Below the pieces are notes generated by a model, which saw nothing but the letters and a program-made list of their open reading frames with translations, had not been told where the DNA came from and ran no database searches. 64,000 nt of DNA from Heptranchias perlo (lineage: Eukaryota), in NCBI RefSeq assembly GCF_035084215.1, contig NW_027139442.1, forward strand, positions 6,572,001 through 6,636,000, written 5' to 3'. The first letter of the stretch is position 1, and every line of letters starts with the position of its first letter. The translations under genes and the position numbers were made by a program. Below, piece after piece: positions 1 through 14,158 of the stretch.

Positions 1-347
1 CCGGGTTTCTGGGAATCCTTGAATATGAAGCCGGAGTCTGTAAGGGTTTGTGCGGAGCGTTGTGTTTCGGTTCTATTATCGAGAAACTGTTTGAAATTGG
101 CGGTTGGAGAAAGCTGGAGGTGGAGCTGGAAGATCAGAGGCCGCTCTCCGCTCTGTCCATCATTCTGAATCTCTCCTCCCCTCTCTGTTTAATATCTCAC
201 TCTGTCTCCTCCCCTCTCTGTTTAATATTTCACTCTGTCTCCTCCCCTCCCTCTCTCACCCTGTGCATGTTTCAGTCAGGTCGGGGCAGGATGCATAAAA
301 ATAGAAGCATTATAAGTTAGCTGTTCATTCAGCAGCGATCTGAGTGA

Positions 348-668
<321 letters not shown>

Positions 669-703
669 ACAACTCGACCCTTTCTAACCGGACACAAAAC
701 AAA

Positions 704-719
704 GGCTCTTCTAAGAGCC
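704..719 (+). terminator. Histone 3' stem-loop of H4
   Basis: GGCTCTTCTAAGAGCC then ACCCA; purine-rich HDE-like AGAGAGAGCACTG at ~734-746. Confidence 0.95.
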
Positions 720-1088
720 ACCCACCGCCTCACAGAGAGAGCACTGACCTGGGAACGGGGAGAGGAAAGATCTCGGGGTGGGGAATCAGTTTCCGATATT
801 TAATTAGTATGGGGAGATTCCCCAACACTCGGTACAGGGAGGTCAGAAACAACGGCCCGGGTTCTCCGCCATCCCGAGAGAAGGAGCGGAATTCCCGATT
901 TCACGGTATAAATGTACAGGCGGTGATAGAGTCTTTCCCCAGATATGACATTCTCCGCTCAGAGTAAAATCCCTCCTCACTCCCTCTCCCGCTGTGTCCT
1001 CTCTGCTCGGTGTTTATTTCCTGCCCTCATTCAATTATCAGTTCGATGCGAAGTTTGTATGTGAGGACCGGTTCACCGGGCCGGAACT

Positions 1089-1264
1089 GGCGGGATTTTT
1101 GAAATTGAAGCTGACTTTGTCCCGAATGTGAAACAGCCTGAGATTTGAGCTGAGGAGTGGGAAATAATGGAGATTATAAACAGTGGGATTTTTAAATTGC
1201 TGGAGGGAAATTAGATTTTCTTGAAACTGTTATTTGATGCTCTGAAATTGGCGGGCTTTTTGAA
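1089..1264 (+). promoter_or_regulatory. Two CDE/CHR-like tandem elements upstream of H3
   Basis: GGCGG-GATT-TTTGAA at 1089-1103 and GGCGG-GCTT-TTTGAA at 1250-1264, both with a 4-nt spacer. Several CCAAT boxes follow. Confidence 0.6.
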
Positions 1265-1498
1265 ATTTATGATTGATTTCAGCTCAGCCAATTGGGGCCC
1301 AATACCTCCCACCGTTTCGGTCTGATTGTGAAAGCTCGGTTCAAACCAGCCAATCACAGGCCCGGGGCTGTCCATCCCTGACAGGGTGTGGGACTTCAGC
1401 CAATCGCAGGCCAGGGGCGGATTCCCTTAGACCATTTAAAAGGCGGCCCCAGAGAGCACTCCGTATTAACAGTCTGTGTGTCTCGGGTTGTGTTGTGA

Positions 1499-1921
<423 letters not shown>

Positions 1922-1954
1922 ACCCGACCCGGCTTCAGCACCAAGTGCAACAAA

Positions 1955-1970
1955 GGCTCTTTTCAGAGCC
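1955..1970 (+). terminator. Histone 3' stem-loop of H3
   Basis: GGCTCTTTTCAGAGCC, with GAAAGAGCTG HDE downstream. Confidence 0.97.
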
Positions 1971-3234
1971 ACCAAATCGGCGATGGAAAGAGCTGTGATC
2001 TCCTGGGTTGAAATGGTGGTACAGTGCAGATTAAAAAAATAATTACACGGGAAATTCATGAAGGGAAGTAGCGGATGTCAAGCGGGGCACGACTAGCATT
2101 TATAAACTGTCCATATCATAGCCCGTTATAACATGGGAGATAGTTCGGAGCAGAGCTGATCTGTGAAGTTCTGGGCAGGTACAGTAGCAGTGTTGAACAT
2201 ACACAACACAAACAGACAAGGGTGACAATTCCAGACTAACCAACAGCAGGTATTTGAAAACGACACAGTTTAATTTCCACACATCACACCCAGGATTGGA
2301 GGGAGGTGAATTCCACTCACTGCGCAGACTGAGTCCCATCATCACATCCAGTGCCACATTTGGACAGTGAAATTACTGGTAAACAGGTACAGAAACGGCT
2401 GAATTCGATCCTACTCTTTCACATCAGGTATCTGCACCCCCAGTGTCAATCTAACTCGGACATATATACAGGGAGAGGATCGTGCAGCGTCCAAAGTACA
2501 AGAGATGCAAGTTCTCATTTCCGATATAGTGTCAGCTTGGCTCTGTTGGAAATACTTTAATCTCAAAAGAACCAGTCTCGGATCAAATGGAGTTTGACTA
2601 TTGTCCCTCTCCAGCTGTAGTGACAGAGGCTGTTTCACTGCAACTCGCAATAATAGAACCAAAGTGTTTTCTTTCAGCGCTAGAATCAGAAGCAGTGTGA
2701 AACTTAGTGTCACATTCACTGCGGTACTCGTCAGACTGACAGGGACAGAATAAATCTCTCACTCTCATCTAGTAACAGACAGATTTCAATCACTGATTCA
2801 GCAATCGCTGACACAATAATCAACACATCCGTCACCTTCTGGGTAATGGAAGTCAGACCGAGTAAGTGTTGTGGGAGAATGAGACTGCAAATAACACTTA
2901 AAATAATTGCTCGAACACAATAGAGTGCGTCTTGTTGCCGATGATCAAACTCACCAGTTATTTCTGTATCCCACCCGCCCAGTTTAATGAACTGATTATT
3001 TGTCTCATTTTCCATACAATCTGTAAATTTCAACCTATTGGAGGTTGGCGAGTACTGAAACAGATCATTTGTATTTAACAAGCGATCGTTAGTTTGGAAC
3101 TAACGGGAGGCAGTTAGATCCAGAATCGGAATCAAGGAACGTGAAATCACCAGATCTGAAACAGATTGTTTATTATTAAATTAATTTCTGACTCCGTTCA
3201 AACAGTATCCAGCCCTTTCATAGATACAGTGGGT

Positions 3235-3250
3235 GGCTCTGAAAAGAGCC
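3235..3250 (-). terminator. Histone 3' stem-loop of H2A copy 1
   Basis: Reverse complement of GGCTCTTTTCAGAGCC followed by ACCCA. Confidence 0.95.
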
Positions 3251-3280
3251 TTTGTGTTATCAGATTAATTCTTGGCCGCT

Positions 3281-3670
<390 letters not shown>

Positions 3671-4533
3671 TTACAAAATCTCACAAACACTTTCACAAAG
3701 AAGGAAGAATGACTGCTGTATTTGCCCTTCTTATGGACTGAAAGATCATCTGATTTGTTGTTCTCTAATACACCTCATTTGCATATTTCATTAACCAATC
3801 AGATAGCTGAGAAACAGAAGAGGGCGAGATTTATCGGCCTCAACGGTCAGACCAGGAATTTTATGAATTTCAAGAAGCCCGCCAATTTCAGTCCAGTAAA
3901 CCACCGGATTTAGATCAATGTCGCCCTGAGCATAAGATTTTAAACCCGTTCTTTTTACCTTGTCTTATTCAGCGCTACACGTCACCAATCGCTGGCGCTA
4001 TTTTAAAACCTGCTTTAAATTATAGCTCATTCTGTCATCGCTTTCAAACAGTATCGGACTGGACTAAATCCCCATTCACAGCATTCCGTGAAGGGACACA
4101 TTTCAATTTAATCTTTATAAAAGTGACACGTTATAGATTGGTCCCTTCTCACAGAGCCGGGTGTGCTTCTGTGAAAAGAGGGACCCGGACGGAGTTCTCA
4201 TTCTGCCCCTATTCCGCTGTGTTACTGCAAGGGGTGTGGTTGCTGTTAATATGGGGATTTTCACATCAGTTGGTAAACATTTCGGAGACTGAATTCAAAG
4301 AGATAATAGCACTGCTAAGGTGGTCATTCAGGGTGTGTTCGTGGCCGGAATAGTAACGCTTTTAGAACAAAGCGAATGGGAAGGAGCGGATCATAAACTC
4401 GCGTTCAGTTCATGTGTCAGAAATTTCAACGGCGTAGTTACAGTATCAGTATTGGATTGGAACAATATCGCGGTATTAAAAAGATACTAAGAAAATATAT
4501 AAGAAATGCAGCACTTTCAGAGAGGTTGTGGGT

Positions 4534-4549
4534 GGCTCTTAAAAGAGCC
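4534..4549 (-). terminator. Histone 3' stem-loop of H2B copy 1
   Basis: Reverse complement of GGCTCTTTTAAGAGCC followed by ACCCA. Confidence 0.95.
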
Positions 4550-4580
4550 GTTGTTTTTTTTTTCAGTACATTGTGGAGTT

Positions 4581-4955
4581 TTACTTGGAGCTGGTGTACT
4601 TGGTCACCGCCTTTGTCCCTTCCGACACAGCGTGCTTGGCCAGTTCCCCGGGCAGCAGCAGGCGCACGGCGGTCTGGATCTCCCGGGAGCTGATGGTCGC
4701 CCGCTTGTTGTAATGGGCCAGGCGGGAAGCCTCACCCGCGATGCGCTCGAAAATATCGTTCACAAAGGAGTTCATGATGCTCATGGCCTTGGAGGAGATG
4801 CCGGTGTCGGGGTGAACCTGCTTCATCACTTTGTAGACGTAGATGGAGTAACTCTCCTTCCTCGACTTTCTCCGCTTCTTGCCGCCCTTGGCTGGTGCTT
4901 TACTCAAGGTTTTCTTGGCGCCCTTCTTGGGAGCTGCTTTCTTGTCCTCAGGCAT
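4581..4955 (-). CDS. H2B: Histone H2B, intact
   Basis: [11 protein letters not shown]...AVTKYTSSK with the true ATG at 4955. TATTTAA, octamer-like ATTAGCAT and CCAAT boxes lie upstream. Confidence 0.98.
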   Translation of the reverse strand: MPEDKKAAPKKGAKKTLSKAPAKGGKKRRKSRKESYSIYVYKVMKQVHPDTGISSKAMSIMNSFVNDIFERIAGEASRLAHYNKRATISSREIQTAVRLLLPGELAKHAVSEGTKAVTKYTSSK

Positions 4956-5205
4956 TTTCAAACTCAATTTCAGAAACAGAAATGACCCAAATCCGCTCCA
5001 AGTTCGGCTTAAATAGGCAGCCCCACAGCCCTATGCTAATGAGGGATGGGGAAGGCAATGATCATGATTGGGTCACTGGGAATGATGTAACAATAATTAT
5101 TCACTGTAACTCTCTGATTGGATACCTGAAGAAACCAATCGGATTTCATACCTGCCACCAATCACACTGCACATTGTCCGGTTTCAGCAATTTGTTCCGA
5201 ACTGT

Positions 5206-5237
5206 TGCAATTCTGCTTTCGGCCAGTAGATGTCCCC
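5206..5237 (+). promoter_or_regulatory. CTCF-like site with upstream (U) motif
   Basis: TGCAATTCT-N5-CGGCCAGTAGATGTCCCC; one of about 12 related sites in the window. Confidence 0.5.
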
Positions 5238-5869
5238 AAACCCCGGGACATTGAAGTTTGCAGATGAGAGAGGGACAGAATATGAACTCATTCTTCACAT
5301 TATATTGCACGAGTGAGATTTGGAAAAACTTGGAATGGAGATGAGATGCAAGCACATTTTTTTTAGACCATACGTTAGTTGTAATGCTGTGTTAAATTAT
5401 TGTAATTGATTTCGGGACTATAGTCAATACTGAGGAAGACTGCGACAAAATCAGCTTGCAGAACGGTCGTGTCAATGTGCATTGAATTTAAATATAGAAA
5501 GTTGTGATCTGATTAATTTTGTTAGGGGGAATAAGGAGGCCACATACTGCTTGGGAAATACGAGTCTAAATGGGGTAGAGGAGCAATGTAAATCGTGTCC
5601 TGAGAAATCAGAGAGAAATACTGTGCAACGTAAGTGCAAAAATAAGGGGGTAAATTCACAACTATCGAATGAGTAAAACAAAAACTTTATTATGAATTAA
5701 TTGTCTTCATTTTCCAATAAGAAAACGTGCAAAAATATGAGAGTAGAAATTGCAGACTGAAACTTTTTTTCATCTTGCACATTGTCCTGTCACTGTCACC
5801 ACGACAGATAATGTGAATTTGTTCCGCTCTTTTACAGTTCTCGCCTACGTCCAGTAGAGGCCAGTCTCT

Positions 5870-8800
5870 AGTACTCTGTATGAGAGCGGGATTTAATCTG
5901 TATCTGTCAATCTCTGATACTCTGTGAGTGTGGGATTCATTCTGCATCTGTCATTCTCTGGTACTGTGTGTGAGTGTGAGATTCATTTTGTATCTGTCAG
6001 TCTCTGTTTGTGAGTGTGAGATTCTTTCTGTATCTGTCAGTCTCTGGTCCTGAGTGTGGGTGTGGGATTCATTCTGTATCTCTCAGTCTCTGTCACTACA
6101 TATGAGCTTGGGATCATTCTGTATCTGCCAGTCTCTGGCACTGTATTTGAGAGTGGGATTAATTCTGTATCTGCCAGTCTCAGGTACTGTGTGTAAGTGT
6201 GGAATTAACTCTGTAACTGTCAGTCTCTGGTCCTGTCTGTGAGTGTGGGATTCATTCTGTATCTGCCATTATATGCTAATTTATCTCAGTGTGGCATTCA
6301 TTCTGTAATTCAATCCCTGAGACAAAGTGCAAATCTGGATTCATTCTGTATTCTTATTTCAGTTCCCACTATTTTACTTCAAACTGCAGCCTTAATACTT
6401 TAAAGTATAAGCAGTTTTTCGTCAAGTATTTAATTTGTAACCATGGATATATTTTTCGATTTTCTTCAATCAAACAACGTGTGTGAGTTTTGGACTTTTG
6501 TTACATCTTAATCTCTGAACGATATTGTGAATGATAATGTACCTTTTAATATGTTCATTGTGAAATTATTGGACTGGTGTGTAATATGTAGCTCAGATCT
6601 GCAATAATGTCTGTGTGTGAGTGTGGGATTCATTGTGTTCCTGTCAGTTTCTGGTTCTGTGTATGAGTGTGGGATTTATTCTGTATCTCTCAGTTTCTGG
6701 TACTGTGTGTGAGTGTTGGATTCATTCTGCATCTGTCAGTCTCTGGTACTGTGTATGAGTGTGGAATTCATTCTGCATCTGTCAGTCTCTGGTACTGTGT
6801 GTGAGTGTGGGATTAATTCTGTATCTGTCAGTCTCTGTTACTGTACGTGGGTGTGGGATTCATTCTGTATCTGTATGTGGGTGTGGGATTCATTCTGTAT
6901 CTATCAGTCTCTGGTACTGTGTGTGAGTGTGGGAATCACCCTGTATCTGTCAGTCTCTGGTACTGTGTGTGAGTGTGGGAATCACCCTGTATCTGTCAGT
7001 CTCTGGTACTGTGTGTGAGTGTGGGAATCATCCTGTATCTGTCAGTCTCTGGTACTGTGTATGAGTGTGGGAATCATCCTGTATCTGTCAGTCTCTGGTA
7101 ATGTGTATGAGTGTGGGATTCATTCTGTATCTGTCAGTCTCTGGTAATGTACGTGGGATTGGGATTCATTCTGTATCTATCAGTCTCTGTTACTGTACGT
7201 GGGTGTGGGATTCATTCTGTATCTGTATGTGGGTGTGGGATTCATTCTGTATCTATCAGTCTCTGGTATTGTGTGCGAATGAGGGTTTCATTCTGTTCCC
7301 GTCAGTCTCAGCTGCTATATGTGAGGGAGTCATTCATTCTGCATCCATCAATTTCTGGTACTGTATGTGAGTGATATAAATTTTGTCTCTTTCAGTCTGT
7401 GCTACAGTGTGTGAGTGCAGGAATCATTCGGTATCTGTCATTCACTGTTAGGTTGTGTGAGTGCTGATTTCACTCTGTGTGTCAGTCTCTGGCCCTTCAT
7501 CTGAGTGTGAGATTCATTCTTTATCTATATGTAATTTGTATCTTCGTTTACAGTATGTTGTTCAAAACTCTATTTGTAATACCTCAATGTATCAATATTT
7601 TTCCCAGTGTTTCAATGGTTGATAATGATACATTTTAAAATGTAATGTTGTTGGTTATAATCAGAGAATGTGGACCTTTTTGGACTTCTATTAAATCTGT
7701 ATTGTGAATTAGTTTATCTTCCAAAATGATATGGTGACTTTTTTGACCTTGTATATAATGTGTAGGTCAGTCTGCATGAAAGGAATACTGTGTATTTCAG
7801 TCTGAATTGGTATCAGTTTTTTGTAGTGGTTTATAATGTGTAGATCAGTCTGCACTAATGGAATTGATACTGTATCTTTCAATCTGACACTATGAGATTT
7901 TTGGACTGATATGTAATGTGTAACTCAGACTGCATAAATGTGTGTGACTGTGAGATTCATTCCGTATCTGTCAGTCCCCAGTACTGTGTGTGAGTGTGGG
8001 ATTCATTCTGTATCTGTCAGTCCCTAGTACTGTCTGTGAGTATGAGATTCATTCTGTATCTGTCAGGCTCTGGTATTGTGGGAGTGTGTGATTCATTCTA
8101 TATTTGTTAGTCCCTTGTACTGTGTGTGAATGTAGGATTCATTCGGTATTTGTCAGTCACTGTTATATTGTGTGAGTGCTGGTTTCATTCTGTGTGTCAG
8201 TCTCTGGCCCTCTATCTGAATATGTGATTCATTCTTTATCTGTATGTAATTAGTCTCTCCGTTTTCAGTATGGTGTTCAAAACTGTATCTTTAATACCTC
8301 AATTTGTGCATATTTTCCCCAGTGTTTAATTGGTTGATAATGAAATGCTGTAGAATATAATCAGAGAATGTGGGCACTTTTCGGACTACTATTAAATCTG
8401 TATCGATGTGAACACAATTGTGCATTAGTTTATCTTCCAAACTGATATGTTGACATTTTTGAACTTATATATGACGTGCAGCTCAGTCTGCATCAATGGA
8501 ATACTGTATATTTCAGAGTGAATTTGCATCAGTTTTTTGTAGTGGTTTATAACGTGCAGATCAGTCTGCAATAATGTAATTGATACTGTATCTTTCAATC
8601 TGATACTTCTTTAACTGGTAAGTAATGTTACTCAGCCTGCACTAATGTGTGATTCATTTTGTATCTCTCAGTCTCTGGAACAGTGTGTCAGTGTGGGATT
8701 CATTCTGTATCTGTCATCTCTGGTACCATATGTGAGTGTAGGATTCACTCTGTGTCTGTCAGTCTCTAGTATTGTATGTGAGTTTGGGATTCCTTCTGCA

Positions 8801-9160
8801 TCTGTCAGTCTCTGGTACTGTACCTGAGTGTGAGATTCATTCTGTATCTGTATGTAATTATTCTCTAAGATTGCATTATGGCGTTCAAAATTGTACCTTT
8901 AATATCTTCATGTTTAGATCTTATTTCTCATTAACTGGTATATATGGGTCCTCTGTAGGATTTGACGCTGTAGCTTTTAATCACATAATTTGTCTGCTTT
9001 TTGAGCTACTATTAAATCTGTATCTCTGTGAGTACTGTTGTGAATGATAATGTATCTTTCAAATTGATTTCGTGACACTTTTCAAATGGTGTATAATGTG
9101 TAGCTCAGTCTGTACTAATAGAATTGATACTGTATCTATAAATCTCAAACTATGAGTGTA
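5870..9160. repeat. Compound satellite: 46-bp arrays interleaved with 82-bp-type units
   Basis: Monomer GTCTCTGGTACTGTGTGTGAGTGTGGGATTCATTCTGTATCTGTCA, period 46 checked at 6907/6953. Confidence 0.92.
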
Positions 9161-10149
9161 TTATAAACTGATATCTAATTTGTTTCTCAGGTTACACTCT
9201 CACAGCATTTCTCAATCTGATACTGTACATGAGTTTTGGACACGTATGCAATTTGTATCACATGATACATGCAATATCCATTCGAACAGTGTATTAAACT
9301 CACGTGAGTGTGTGAATTCTGGGCAATTATTCAATTGGAATCTCAGGGTAAATTATTGGGTTTCATTCTGTCCCTTTCAATCGAGTACCATGTGTGATTT
9401 CGATCTGGTATTTAATTCGTAGCTTATGTTGCCCTATTGTGAGATTGACACAGTGCCTTTCAATCTGATAGTGTGATATTGGACTGGGATTTCTGTATCT
9501 ACCTGTCAGCGGGACTCAGCTCGGGGGAAATGGAACAGTGTCTGCCTCACCTGCTTTGTTTGAATGTTGGATTGAAAATGTGTCTGTGGAACTTGGGTCA
9601 GTGCTTCTACTGTCTGAGACTGTGGAACTGATGACCTGTCTGTGTCTCTGTGCGCTGTGTGTGATAATGTACTTACTGTGTGGGAGAAGGAGTTGGCTGC
9701 ACTGTTCCTTGTGCCTCGAGTGGAGGAAACATAACACTGATTCTGGGTCCTTCAAGGATTTGCCTGTAGGAAGAAATTTTTCTCTTGTAACTCAAGAACC
9801 AGTGAGGTAGGAAATACAAAAGTGTTCGAATTAATATCTTTGTTAATGATTATTTTGATTATCCACAAAACCAGCAACACAAACAGTGTCAGTATCTGAC
9901 TCCACTGCAGTACTGCAGCATTCAGCTTCTGCACACCACGAGTGGTGGGCTGTTTTACAACAATTTAGTGACATCCAGACACAACACAACCATAAATGGC
10001 ACTACCCGATGTGGCACGGTCCTTTGTGCAGGTCAGGTTTCCACTCCCCTCTCACATGGGACTAACCGTTCAACCGAAACAAAACAGCCGCTGCTTAAAA
10101 TGTGACCTTCACACTTCTCACCTAGTGCCTGCAATAGATGCTCTTTGGA

Positions 10150-10860
10150 TAACTCCCCACATCCTTACTGTCCGGCTCCGTTCCACTCTTCACTGTCGAA
10201 TCACAATAAACAGGGTGAGACTGGACCTAAACCAGGAACATTCCCTACTGGTCTGGCGAGAGCAAGCAGCAATGATTTTAAATAGCAGGTTCTTCTCATT
10301 CTGACTCCCTGACCCTGGACACACGCTGTGCACACACAGCCCGAGAATGACCTCTCCCTTCCCCCGCTCACTCCATGTTCCGGGACCAGTTCCTGATCCA
10401 CTCCGCCTCTTACAAACAGCCCCCGGACCTTCCCCCGGACTCAATGCCGATCTCTGAGCCCATCTGCGGACACGGTCCCGAAGCGATGAGCTGCTGTAAC
10501 GAGGCTGCTCTTTGCTCCCTTCCCCCGGGGGCCGTGATCTCTCCATTCCCGGCTGTTTTAAACCATCTTCTTCCGCTCACTGAGGGAATGGCGCCCACAG
10601 GCCGAGCTGGGGGAGGGGAGCGCGCATGCGCTCTTCTACTCACCAACAATCAGCGCTGGGGGCGGGGCTGAGTCACGCATGCGCAGAGATCTGGTTTAAT
10701 TCCCAATGCACAAATCGATGGAAACTTTCCCCAATTGGAATTTTTCAGAGTCTGAGAAAAGCAAGTGGGGCTGAGGGAAAGGTCAGAGGGAATGGGGTCC
10801 ACAGGCGGTGCAGTAACAGGCACCAGAATGGGAAACAGATGGGATTCCACCAGTGACTAA
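10150..10860 (-). promoter_or_regulatory. CpG-island promoter, module copy 1
   Basis: Two NRF1-type GCGCATGCG motifs, a GC box, and CGGAAG (ETS) next to AAGATGG (YY1-like). Homologous to 29.3-30.0 kb and 44.7-45.5 kb. Confidence 0.65.
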
Positions 10861-13029
10861 CGCTGGAATCCAGACTGACTTTACAATCTCTAACTATTAA
10901 ACTAGATGTTTTCATCCCTGCTGTTTCTCTCGGTATCTTTTGATGGTAAATAGTCTTTCATAGATAAAGTGGGACATTTTGAAATGAACCAATGGATTCT
11001 GTTCATACTTGGCCCCTTTACCCATTAAGTAACGTGTGACTCCGAAACTGGATGCAGGAATTCTCAAACCAATCCTGGAGAAAAATGGGAGGAAAGTCGG
11101 AGTCCGTGTATTTGCTGGGAGCGTGTAGGATTAATATCTGACAGCAACAGTCCATTATTAATATATGATGTATTAATATAATCAGAGTGAAACTCTCGGT
11201 CACTGAGAGTAATAGCGAACGGCCCTGATCTGCAAAACCGAATGTAGTACAACAGGCAAGAGAGGGTTAAATTCGGCCCACATTGTTTTTGTCACTCTCT
11301 GCACTGTCCCTGAGTGTGGGATTAATGGTGTGTCCGTCTCTGGTATATCAGTGAGAGACAAGACTGCATCTTCTGTCTCTACAACGGGAATTTCTGGATA
11401 AAACGCAACTTTACAAGTCAGTCTGGAACTGATACTGTTGCACTGTGCCTCTCCGCTCGCTCTGTCACAGTATCTGTCTCCCTTTCTCTCTCACTCTCTG
11501 GTGCTGTATATGAAGGTTGGATACTGCTATTGAGCGTGATATGAACATACTGATAGGAAGTGTAAGACTGACAGTGTGTGTCTTGCTTTCTCTCTCGAGT
11601 GCTGTTTTTGAAGGTGGAATACTGTCTGATATAAAACAGAGAGAATGGGGTGTCCAGGCCACACCGTAACTGGGGGTGTGTTCGGCTCCAGTCCCAGTTC
11701 ATGGTCATAACCTTTTCACAGATTCAGGGTGAGAGTCTCTGTGAGACGGTAAAACTGGCGGAGAAAATCCGCTTCACAATTCAAACCCCAACACATGCGA
11801 TTCTACAAATCAGCTGGAATAAGAATTTTGTAAACTGCTAATTAAGAGAGTGGATTTTCCGCTTTGGCGGTGGAGTAAGTCGGCGATAGCGGATCGGGCC
11901 CCCATTGTTCACTACGCCTGATTTTACTATCCATTGACACCAATGAGTTCACTGAAGTAACTGATATCAATCCAATACTTCAAATAAATTTGGAAATATA
12001 TTTTATCCAACAAATGCTTTTTGAGAAATAATACAAGATTTGATTCTAACATGAAAAGGTTTGCTGTTATTAGTCGGGAAATAATATGATTTCAATATTA
12101 AATGTTTAATCCTGTAATGAATAAAATCAAATGCTCCATTTCGGTTGATGATTATTCCCCATCACACACACTGCCCGCTGGGATGGACTGAGGGTGAGCT
12201 GTCAGGGACAGACAGCGTCCTGTTCATTGGGACATTTGTTTTGACCAGAACAGAATAACTCATAAAATATTCTTGTAATTTCTAACTCCAGTGGGGAGTT
12301 CCGGAGATCGTTTCCTCTCTGAGCTGCTGTGCAGCAATGTTTACTCACTGCAGGGAGTTTAATGAGACATGAGGCTGGGCCTCGTTGCACAGATCGAGAA
12401 GGAAACCTCCTGATACATTTCTGAGACGATCAGAGGGCGGGAGATTTCACACGGCCGCAGCAGGCCAAGGGAAAGCTCTCCTGCTGCTCCTTGCCTCACA
12501 AAATATGAGTTAAAAAGAAACTTCTCAGTTTTCTCGACCACTCAATGCCCATCTAAAGGGCGGCTCCTCCACCGATTTTTCACCAACATTAAATGGTTTC
12601 CCCTGTACGTCATAATAATCTGATTTACGTATTACAAGTGGCCTGACCGGAAACAGGTGGGTGTTGCTCGGGCCGCTCTTCTCAGGACACGACCCACGAT
12701 GGTGGAGGCAGGAACGCCACCGTTAAAGGGGCGGTAAGTGACCTGACACCATTTACTCGCCTCGACCACCCCATTTCTGCCAGGCGAGTATACTTAAAAT
12801 CGGCCACACCATTCCTGACCTCCGCGCTAGAATCAATCTTCGAAGCCCACAAGCTGGTCCATTTTCTCAAATTGCATCGGTTCATAACACGTGGAGGGAA
12901 ATTTTCACCATCGCTGGGAACTGAACTGGTAGAGCCGATCACCCGCCCCTTACAGAACCGACCCGATTTTAATTTTTGCTCAGTCAGTTTACCGCCCAAG
13001 ATGTGAAGGTGAAAATACCCCCTACGTCT

Positions 13030-13640
13030 CTGACCCCAAGGTTCGAAAGGTGTGTGAAAGACATCAGACAGTGTTTGCCGAACACTAACATGAATGTGTG
13101 CGAATGGATCCGCGTATTCAGGTAAAAGGTGATAACCTCATCCACGGAGAATGAACCCCTACACCGTGGTGTCGAAGAGGAGTTCATCCCAACAGCTCGG
13201 TAACACAGGTCGCTGTCCTCTATGGGCAGTTGTCCAAGATGCACAACGAGACAGATATCAACAGCTGCTGGAAGACCATCAATTCGGTCAGGGAGGCCCT
13301 TTGTTCCCCCGAAACCAGCAGGTCTTCCAGCCGAGGGAACTGTCCGCGGCCAAGTGTTGGCCACTAGCAGAATCCAAGGTCCAGTATTTCATGCTGAGGT
13401 GCACACTGAAGCGAGGTGCGGCCTACACAAAGGCTTTATGGGGAAAGGCAACCGTGTAACGCTATCCCACCTTGTAATGTACAGCATGTGTTAGAAGATA
13501 TTTACTGTGTTTTGACTTGTAATAATGGAATCGTATGATGTGTATTGTATTTGTTTTGAATTGTAATTGTAATATTTACATTGAGCTGTGTCTATTCATG
13601 AATTTTATGAAATAAAGTATATTTTGAAATATTAAATAAA
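13030..13640 (+). mobile_element. 3' fragment of an L1/Tx1-like retrotransposon, degenerate
   Basis: Translates to ...RNQQVFQPRELSAAKCWPLAESKVQYFM...KALWGKATV, resembling a Tx1 ORF2 C-terminus. AT-rich tail with AATAAA at 13611. Confidence 0.7.
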
Positions 13641-13760
13641 GTTCCAGTCTCACTATGTCTCTTCTTATTGGACACTGAAGAGTGGAAACAGACCCGAATC
13701 GTAAAGATGTTTGTAAACAATTTTACAACACCAAGTTATAGTCCAGCAATTTTATTTTAA

Positions 13761-13801
13761 ATTCACAAGCTTTCGGAGGCTTCCTCCTTCCTCAGGTAAA
13801 T
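13761..13801 (-). ncRNA. Minimal type I hammerhead ribozyme motif
   Basis: Exact reverse complement of 14118-14158. Confidence 0.8.
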
Positions 13802-14117
13802 GTTCAGGAGCTCCTCGAAGCCTACGCATTTATACATATAGAACAATACAAGGTGTTTACAGAATGCCCCTGGAACTGCCCGTTGCCAAGGCAATCACCG
13901 TGTTCAGACAGAGAGGTGTCACCTGCAGAACCCCCGAATACACATTCAACCGTGTATTCAACCGTGCATTCAACTGTGTATTCGGGGGTTCTGCAGGTGA
14001 CACCTCTCTGTCTGAACACGGTGATTGCCTTGGCAACGGGCAGTTCCAGGGGCATTCTGTAAACACCATGTATTGTTCTATATGTATAAATGCGTAGGCT
14101 TCGAGGAGCTCCTGAAC

Positions 14118-14158
14118 ATTTACCTGAGGAAGGAGGAAGCCTCCGAAAGCTTGTGAAT
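14118..14158 (+). ncRNA. Minimal type I hammerhead ribozyme motif
   Basis: ATTTAC-CTGAGGA-A-GGAGG-AAG-CCTCC-GAAA-GCTT-GTGAAT: catalytic core CUGANGA/GAAA, helix I ATTTAC/GTGAAT, helix II GGAGG/CCTCC, palindromic AGCT in place of helix III. Confidence 0.8.

Noticed and set aside
6713-7374. Cys/Val/Ser-rich ORFs of ~100 aa (also in other satellite blocks)
   Set aside because: Translations of the 46-bp satellite; the unit is not a multiple of 3, so the frames just cycle.
5870-9160. CRISPR-like periodicity
   Set aside because: Head-to-tail tandem repeats with no unique spacers, in eukaryotic DNA.
11760-12860. Possible MITE or DNA-transposon remnants
   Set aside because: I could not define terminal inverted repeats or a TSD by eye.
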